This document shows, one piece after another, positions 47,820-53,498 of a stretch of 53,498 bases of DNA. Each line of letters begins with the position of its first letter. Position 1 is the stretch's first letter. This stretch comes from a virus (taxonomy: Duplodnaviria; Caudoviricetes), in the IMG/VR virus record IMGVR_UViG_3300046820_000692, positions 1 through 53,498 of that record. One strand, written 5' to 3'. The position numbers and the translations under genes were made by a program. The notes beneath the pieces are model-generated. The model searched no databases and was not told the origin of the DNA. It worked only from the letters and a program-made list of their open reading frames with translations.

Positions 47820-50029
47820 TATTCTGAAATTTGTGAGTTAGCTTTAATATCTAAATCTCTTTCTTTTAAAGCTAACTCTTGTTGTTTAATTTGGAAGTCT
47901 TGCATCATTTTTTCTAATGTTGCACTAGATGATTTATCAGCAGCTTCAGCTCCAATTAATGCCACTTCAATTTGAAGTTGACGATCTTTTTCTTTATCTA
48001 AAGCTGCTTGTTGGATAGCTTGTTGTTGAACTTGAAGTTTAGCCTGCTCTTGCTCTTGCATAGCTTGGTCTTGAGCTTTCTTAAGTTCTTCTTGAGCTTT
48101 CTCAGCTTGAATGATTTTATCTTTAATTTGACTCAAGCTATCTGATTCGTACATAGCAATTGCTGCAGAAAGTGGAAGACCGTTCTGAACTGCTGCCTGA
48201 GCTAGTCCCTCAATCTTCTGTTTCTTATCAATGTCTTTACCTGCATCAGATACAAAGATTCCATATTCACTTTCCATATGAGTAATTGGGTCAATATCCA
48301 ATTCATCAAATGATCCGTCAGGCATTACGTACGTTGCTTTTTTACCGTTAAGCCAAGCTTCTTTCGAATAGTCAAGTAAACCCTGTAGTTCTCTCTGCTC
48401 AAAGTTAGAGAACTTACGGAAGATATCTTCAGTAATGTGAGAAGATTGAACAATGGATTGCTGGGATGTGGCTTTTCCTTCATAAGTCCCCATTTGCCCT
48501 TGTCTCTGTCTTGTTACCCCGGAAAGTTTTTCCCATTCTAACATGATAGACTCAAGGAGAGTTAAGTATTGTGATATGGTCTTAATTGACATATCTAATA
48601 CTGACTGGTGTTGAGGAGACAATTGAATTCCTTCTTTGTTGTAATCAACCCAAGCAATACCTGTACCTTCTACATAGTGCATGAACTTATCCATGTCCCA
48701 GTTTTTAGGGATCATGTTAATATCAAACTGAGCTACAATGTCTTTACTTCTAGCAATTGCTAATTCGAGACGGTACTTATAGATGTTATAATTAAGCTGA
48801 TACGGAATACCAAGGCTGATCAACGACACGTTCTGTGAGTTGATGTCTGAGTATTTTCTTCCGTTAATCGGAAGTTTGCAAATCGATGGGTTGTCTAAAC
48901 TGTTTCTTTGGTTAACGTAAGGTCTCATTTTAATATAGTACAGACCGTCAATACGTGTACCCTCCCAAACTTCGTTAACCCATTCCCACTCCATTTTGGC
49001 CCCAAGATCTTTTAACTCTTTTGGGAGTTTGTATTCTTCATCAACATCAAATGTTTCTTGATTGCCAGTGTTTGGATCGTTGTAAGTTACAAATCCAACT
49101 CTCTTTCTTGACTTCCAATAAACCGTTACAACTTCTACAAGTCGGTTACGGTAAATGTTATCATCAGCTCCAGCTGCTTCTGCACGATAAAGTAAGTAAG
49201 CTTGTGCTGCTGTATGTGTTGGAGTTTCTAATTGAAGAATTTGATCGTCAGTTAAAAAGTCTCCTAGATTGTCTATGATTGTAGAAGCATGTGCATACTT
49301 TCTAAGAATAGCCCAGTCACCATCTTCTACGAAGTCAATGTCTGGATCTTTATCAAAGTCGACATCTAATGGGTTAATAACTTCGTAGAAAGGTTCATTA
49401 CGACGTACCCCTTTATGTGAGTAGCATTCCCCAGTTACTAAGAAGTGGAAGAATTGCTTTTGTAATTTGTCGTAAAACTCTGTGAAGTACATAATGTAGT
49501 TTAAAGCAGCCTGCCCTCTGATTGCTCTAGAGTCTACATAACTTCTATTGAATTCTTCTTGTATTTGCTTTGGAAGTGGAGGCTCTTCAGCTTCCATTCC
49601 TTCAGGTAATTGCCCTTGTTTAGCTAACTCACTTAAGAACTTTGCTTTAATGTTTGTAAGCATTAATTGCTTAAGTGTCTCTTCTTTGATGCTAATCGAA
49701 TCAGAGTTTTGCACTGTAACAGTAAACTCTAATGGACGTTTAGATTTTTCTCCTAATAGAAGATCGATAACTGGCTTGATGATAGGATAGTTACGTAGCT
49801 TAGATGGAAAATTCTTTCTAGTCTTTCCGTAAGGTTTAAGTACGTAGTTGTAATCCTCTTCATCAATTACACCATTGTAATAATCGTAAAGAGATTTAAG
49901 ATATGTACGACGTTCACTAATACCAAACTTAGAAAGATTGATAAATGCATCTACACATGATTTCTGCCATGCCTCATTTTTTTGAGACAATGGGATTCGT
50001 TGTTTTGGGATATGGGCTTGTCCGTACAT
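47819..50029 (-). CDS. Portal protein
   Basis: 736 aa. P.QR.P...K...W, YDYYNG, NYPIIKP.IDLL.GE..KRP, W.NEVWEG, PYQ..YNI...R, SGVTRQRQG; follows the terminase gene. Confidence 0.9.
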   Translation of the reverse strand: MYGQAHIPKQRIPLSQKNEAWQKSCVDAFINLSKFGISERRTYLKSLYDYYNGVIDEEDYNYVLKPYGKTRKNFPSKLRNYPIIKPVIDLLLGEKSKRPLEFTVTVQNSDSISIKEETLKQLMLTNIKAKFLSELAKQGQLPEGMEAEEPPLPKQIQEEFNRSYVDSRAIRGQAALNYIMYFTEFYDKLQKQFFHFLVTGECYSHKGVRRNEPFYEVINPLDVDFDKDPDIDFVEDGDWAILRKYAHASTIIDNLGDFLTDDQILQLETPTHTAAQAYLLYRAEAAGADDNIYRNRLVEVVTVYWKSRKRVGFVTYNDPNTGNQETFDVDEEYKLPKELKDLGAKMEWEWVNEVWEGTRIDGLYYIKMRPYVNQRNSLDNPSICKLPINGRKYSDINSQNVSLISLGIPYQLNYNIYKYRLELAIARSKDIVAQFDINMIPKNWDMDKFMHYVEGTGIAWVDYNKEGIQLSPQHQSVLDMSIKTISQYLTLLESIMLEWEKLSGVTRQRQGQMGTYEGKATSQQSIVQSSHITEDIFRKFSNFEQRELQGLLDYSKEAWLNGKKATYVMPDGSFDELDIDPITHMESEYGIFVSDAGKDIDKKQKIEGLAQAAVQNGLPLSAAIAMYESDSLSQIKDKIIQAEKAQEELKKAQDQAMQEQEQAKLQVQQQAIQQAALDKEKDRQLQIEVALIGAEAADKSSSATLEKMMQDFQIKQQELALKERDLDIKANSQISE

Positions 50030-50034
50030 TAATA

Positions 50035-50106
50035 CAAAATTAGTGTCGTTTTACTTACGGGTATAAAGATAATGATTTTTAGTTGATTATTTATTATATC
50101 TCACTC
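50035..50106 (-). promoter_or_regulatory. Putative late promoter cassette (17-bp motif + TAATTTTG box)
   Basis: GAGTGAGATATAATAAA (50090-50106), 47-nt spacer, TAATTTTG (50035-50042), 5 nt, ATG; same geometry as at 46083-46154. Confidence 0.65.
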
Positions 50107-50110
50107 AGTA

Positions 50111-52084
50111 TTAACCGTAGTTTTTGTCAAACCAGTCATTTTTAGAGTTATCGTGGTCATCAAACTTAAGTTCCTTATTGTATAACTCTCGTGTGTGATA
50201 CATCCCAATCATGAATGCCATGGCACGGTCAAAGTTGCCCTGCCTGTTAAATTTGATTAACTCTAGTAATAAAGCTGGGTCATAAATCTTGTGCATATTG
50301 AGAGTTACGTCCCCATCTTCGTTTACCCCTCTACCACTAACTAACCAGTCTCTGATATACAATTCACCTTGAGCTTTACGTTGTTCGGTCATGTGCATAC
50401 CGTACTGTCGTTTTACTGTCTTACTTCTAAGATCTCTCTTATCCAGCATTTCGAACTCTTCCTGTAGCATATGCATTTTTCTAAATCGTTTTGCATAGGC
50501 AATAACTTCTCCTCGGTCATTCTCAAATCCAATCTTTGCATTGTAGTATTCAGCCAGCATAAATAGATTTCTATTGTAGTCATCTTGGGTCTGAGGCCTT
50601 CCGACATACGAAGCCACAATGATATCATCAGGCTTAGAAATGTTGTTCGGGACTTTAATAACATATGCTGCACCGAGAGATGTAGCTGATGCTGACTTTC
50701 CTTGTGCATATGGGTCATGGCAAATTATGTATAAGTTCTTTGGGGTGATATCTTCTATCTCTGTTTTAAATGGAGGTTCGTAAATAACTATGGCCCCGGT
50801 TAAATTGTCGTCCTTTCTGTGTGGAAACTTAACAATAGGTTTAAGGTTGAAGTCAGGTCTGAAACTAACTTTACCTTTACTATCGTAGTACATCTCACCT
50901 GCTACCCCAATCTTTTGGAGATCGTTAGCAATTACTCTGTTGTACTGTTCTTTTAAAGATGATACGTCAAAGGTATTTGCAGTAACTTGAAGTGTAGCTT
51001 CTTGTGGAGTGAACGGCATCTCGGCAATGTACTGGTCAAATGCTTTTGGATCGTTACCTTTCTTTTTCTTCTCCCTTTGAGCTTCTTCGTAAGCAATTGC
51101 TTCCTCGATTAAGCTGTTACCATTCTCGTCAATAAAACCATCTAAGTTTTTGTAGATGGGGACAAAATATCCACAGGTAGTCCCCATAGCCCCAGCATCC
51201 CAATCGTTTTCAAATCCAAGGCAGTCATAAGCTTCAGGGTGGTAAAACAATTCCTCCATACCTTCAAAACCTGGACCTTCTTCTCCACCTGTTCCAAATG
51301 CAACCATTGTCCCAAGAGTTTTAGAACCTTGTCTCATTGTAGGCATTGCTACCTCCCAAGCTTTTAACAGTCCTGCAAAAGATCCTGCTTCTTCAAAGAA
51401 GATCAATTCACCTGCTTTACCACGGATTTTATCTGGATCATCTTTTAAGGATACCCCGATAATCTGTGATTTAAAGCCTAAGGTAACGTCGGCTCCGTTT
51501 ACATTCTTTTTGTAACCAGACTGCTTGTGCATCTCTCTATCGATAAGTCTAGGCTGAGTCCAAGCTGTGTTGTCATCTATGAATGAGACAATGTCCCAAG
51601 CTTTAGATAACATTCCATCTCCAGTTAAGTATTGCTTGTCAGAAGCAAATACAAAATTCTTAGAATTCCTAATATGGAAGTAGTTACGGCAAAGCATAGC
51701 TGCAGCCTTGTAGGAGAATCCTTTTCGACGAGCCTTGAGAACCACGAGATGTTTGTTTTCTCTACGTGCTCTATCAACCGAGTTAAAGTATTCGAAGTCA
51801 CCGTCATAAAATGCTGGGAAGCTTCTATCACGTCGTGAGATAATTTCACCATCAGGTTGTTCTTCATCTATAATCCTATCTATTGGACAATAATTTAAGT
51901 AAAAGTAGTGAAATCCAGAAATCTTTATTCCATTAACTTCGTACCCATGCATGCATCTATTCTGCTCTTCATCCCAATACTCATAGTATTGCTTTGTACC
52001 AGGAAGAGCATCAGTATAAAAGCCATACTCAATGTAATGAGCTGCAGCTGGGGCAAATAAATGTGTGTCTTTAAGCTTACTCAC
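50111..52084 (-). CDS. terL: Terminase large subunit
   Basis: 657 aa. Walker A KARRKGFS, Walker B LIFFEEAG, coupling motif FGTGG, nuclease ICHDPY...GNFDR; no intein evident. Confidence 0.93.
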   Translation of the reverse strand: MSKLKDTHLFAPAAAHYIEYGFYTDALPGTKQYYEYWDEEQNRCMHGYEVNGIKISGFHYFYLNYCPIDRIIDEEQPDGEIISRRDRSFPAFYDGDFEYFNSVDRARRENKHLVVLKARRKGFSYKAAAMLCRNYFHIRNSKNFVFASDKQYLTGDGMLSKAWDIVSFIDDNTAWTQPRLIDREMHKQSGYKKNVNGADVTLGFKSQIIGVSLKDDPDKIRGKAGELIFFEEAGSFAGLLKAWEVAMPTMRQGSKTLGTMVAFGTGGEEGPGFEGMEELFYHPEAYDCLGFENDWDAGAMGTTCGYFVPIYKNLDGFIDENGNSLIEEAIAYEEAQREKKKKGNDPKAFDQYIAEMPFTPQEATLQVTANTFDVSSLKEQYNRVIANDLQKIGVAGEMYYDSKGKVSFRPDFNLKPIVKFPHRKDDNLTGAIVIYEPPFKTEIEDITPKNLYIICHDPYAQGKSASATSLGAAYVIKVPNNISKPDDIIVASYVGRPQTQDDYNRNLFMLAEYYNAKIGFENDRGEVIAYAKRFRKMHMLQEEFEMLDKRDLRSKTVKRQYGMHMTEQRKAQGELYIRDWLVSGRGVNEDGDVTLNMHKIYDPALLLELIKFNRQGNFDRAMAFMIGMYHTRELYNKELKFDDHDNSKNDWFDKNYG

Positions 52085-52574
52085 TGTACTTATTAGTTTT
52101 TACTCCTGCTCTGTTTGGACTATCCTTGGCTTGTTGCTTTTGAATCAACTCTTCTAGTCTATCTAGGCCTTCGATTACCTCTCCAACCTTTGAAAGGTTT
52201 GATAGAAGGTCTTTTGCTTGATATACTAACTTTCCATTTTCATCCAGAGCTGTAAGGTCAATTGTTTTAAAGTAGTTCTCTAGTTTGTTCACAGACAAAC
52301 GTGCAGATTTAAGAAGTTTAGTAGCATGAGTGTCAGATAGTTCCTTGTACTTATCTACTCCGGCCGTTAATTTAGGGGTTATCTTCACCCCTAAGTCTTT
52401 CATTAAAACTTCTTGACGTTCTTCATCGTCATATGCTGCATAACTAGATCTGTGGTCCACAAAGAAGTAGATAAAGCTTAGTTCTTTAACTGTAAGCTTT
52501 TCAAATTCAGGGATAGTCAGGGCATACACTGATGGTATGACCATGTTATTATTTACCGTTAGCAAGTCTTTCAT
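52077..52574 (-). CDS. Conserved protein upstream of terL (candidate terminase small subunit)
   Basis: 165 aa, helical; overlaps the terL start. The function call rests on position only. Confidence 0.5.
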   Translation of the reverse strand: MKDLLTVNNNMVIPSVYALTIPEFEKLTVKELSFIYFFVDHRSSYAAYDDEERQEVLMKDLGVKITPKLTAGVDKYKELSDTHATKLLKSARLSVNKLENYFKTIDLTALDENGKLVYQAKDLLSNLSKVGEVIEGLDRLEELIQKQQAKDSPNRAGVKTNKYSE

Positions 52575-52782
52575 TTTTCCTTCTTTTTAGTTCGTTTATG
52601 TGGGCAATCCTAGACTTCTTTGCATGAAATTTTCCAAAATATGGGAGCCTAATTGTTTCAAAATCTCCAAGCTTGATAATCTTAGCAGCATACTTGAATT
52701 GGTGGTACACCATATCTTCTACTTTGTTAAGAGGAAGATTATACTTAGTTGCCAGCTTCTGGATTATCGTCTTTTCTTTCAT
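52549..52782 (-). CDS. HU/IHF-like DNA-binding protein
   Basis: 77 aa; IIQKLA.KYNL....V..MV...F......I......IRLPYFGKF. Confidence 0.75.
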   Translation of the reverse strand: MKEKTIIQKLATKYNLPLNKVEDMVYHQFKYAAKIIKLGDFETIRLPYFGKFHAKKSRIAHINELKRRKNERLANGK

Positions 52783-53074
52783 CTTTTAATTTTAAAGGTT
52801 TTCCACTTTCCCCAACTTTAATTTTTGGCCATCTAGATGGTTTGTCTGGACATGCTTGACTTTGCCAAGCTCCTTTAGCTTCTACCCAACATCCACACAG
52901 ACTGCAACGTCCGTCTTTCTTTTCGTCTAAAACTAAGTTTGGACATGTGTTGCATGCATCCATTCTTTCTAAGAATTGTGCTTCGGTTACAGGCTTCATT
53001 CCTGAAGCTGCATGCTTGATTACTGCTACTGTAAAGTTAGCTAGCATTTTAAGTCTTGATGGTAATTTACTCAT
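52745..53074 (-). CDS. Small zinc-finger protein (DUF6171-like)
   Basis: 109 aa; R...C..CP......C..CGC....K......CP....W. Confidence 0.65.
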   Translation of the reverse strand: MSKLPSRLKMLANFTVAVIKHAASGMKPVTEAQFLERMDACNTCPNLVLDEKKDGRCSLCGCWVEAKGAWQSQACPDKPSRWPKIKVGESGKPLKLKDERKDDNPEAGN

Positions 53075-53192
53075 GTGGAACTTCTGTTAATTGCAATAAT
53101 AATACTTTACCTTTTCCATCCTGCACAACTGATAAGCACATGTTTTCAATGTAAAAGTATGTGATTACTTTATTTGAGTTGAATGTTATCAT
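53067..53192 (-). CDS. Small hypothetical protein (41 aa), not in the ORF track
   Basis: MITFNSNKVITYFYIENMCLSVVQDGKGKVLLLQLTEVPHE*; its start overlaps the upstream TGA (ATGA) and its stop overlaps the next gene. Confidence 0.45.
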   Translation of the reverse strand: MITFNSNKVITYFYIENMCLSVVQDGKGKVLLLQLTEVPHE

Positions 53193-53497
53193 TGTGGGGT
53201 GATGTTGATTTGCACTTGCTCTTTCTTAAGTAGTGGGACCAAAGCATATCCGTTTGCTGTCTGCACGATAGCTTTTTTATCCTTCAATCGTTTAACGTAA
53301 TTGTTTAACGTGTTGTGATCTTTGATTTCCATTGCATCTGCTACTTTCTTTTTATTAGCAGGAGAGCATAAGTTTACAGTTTCACTTAAGTCAATTAGGT
53401 TAGCTAGAACTCTTAACTCTGTGTCTGTTAGTTCTAGAATTCCGTTAAATACTTGAAGAAACTTAAGGGTGTTGTTTGTTTTGATGTTAATCTTCCT
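53189..53497 (-). CDS. RepL-like winged-helix DNA-binding protein, 5'-truncated by the window edge
   Basis: Open frame to the edge: RKINIKTNNTLKFLQVFNGILELTDTELRVLANL...KKKVADAMEIKDHNTLNNYVKRLKDKKAIVQTANGYALVP...*, a wHTH pattern. Confidence 0.65.
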   Translation of the reverse strand, partial: RKINIKTNNTLKFLQVFNGILELTDTELRVLANLIDLSETVNLCSPANKKKVADAMEIKDHNTLNNYVKRLKDKKAIVQTANGYALVPLLKKEQVQINITPQ

Positions 53498-53498
53498 C

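Noticed and set aside
23821-51867. Short same-strand alternative-frame ORFs (e.g. 23821-24015, 26937-27290, 40211-40474, 45828-46022, 50413-50718)
   Set aside because: Their Leu/Met/Gln-rich composition is what the codon bias of the host gene produces in a shifted frame; no independent support.
43494-52084. Inteins or further introns in MCP, portal or terminase
   Set aside because: The ORFs are continuous and of ordinary length, with no intein splice motifs or LAGLIDADG/HNH inserts seen.
1507-52821. Many short plus-strand ORFs antisense to the large minus-strand genes (e.g. 1507-1887, 4429-4821, 19093-19479, 32714-33103, 37625-38014)
   Set aside because: They are shadow ORFs with Ser/Leu/Phe/Pro-rich mirror composition and no recognisable motifs, lying essentially within well-supported genes.
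1-53498. tRNA, rRNA, CRISPR array, integrase/transposase or diversity-generating retroelement
   Set aside because: None recognised by eye; intergenic gaps are short and explained by terminators and promoters. A tRNAscan/Infernal run would be needed to exclude them formally.

Overview
53.5-kb segment of an AT-rich Crassvirales-like (crAss-like) phage genome. A Bacteroidota host is likely, given TAnnTTTG promoter boxes and A-rich starts without Shine-Dalgarno sequences. Positions 1-1063 (+) are the end of a nucleotide-metabolism module: the 3' part of a group I intron interrupting a uracil-DNA glycosylase gene at its GQD/PYH catalytic motif, then a DUF1599-like gene. A bidirectional terminator (~1062-1092) separates this from a ~52-kb minus-strand late module. 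In transcription order it holds: RepL-like wHTH, Zn-finger, HU/IHF, terminase large subunit, portal, ferritin/Dps-like protein, lysozyme-like cargo, acidic scaffold-like protein, major capsid protein, ring/hub/auxiliary capsid proteins, glycine-rich fibre, metallophosphoesterase, small basic proteins, muzzle/tail stabilisation protein, and five large cargo proteins including the virion RNA polymerase (DFDVD). Main observations: (i) terminal cysteines matched head-to-tail across the three otherwise almost Cys-free giant cargo proteins; (ii) the intron in ung; (iii) recurrent xxGG motifs delimiting modules in putative internal proteins; (iv) a fixed TAnnTTTG-N5-ATG promoter geometry, plus a 17-bp motif at an identical distance upstream of the portal and scaffold genes. 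All family calls come from motif recognition and gene order, not database searches.
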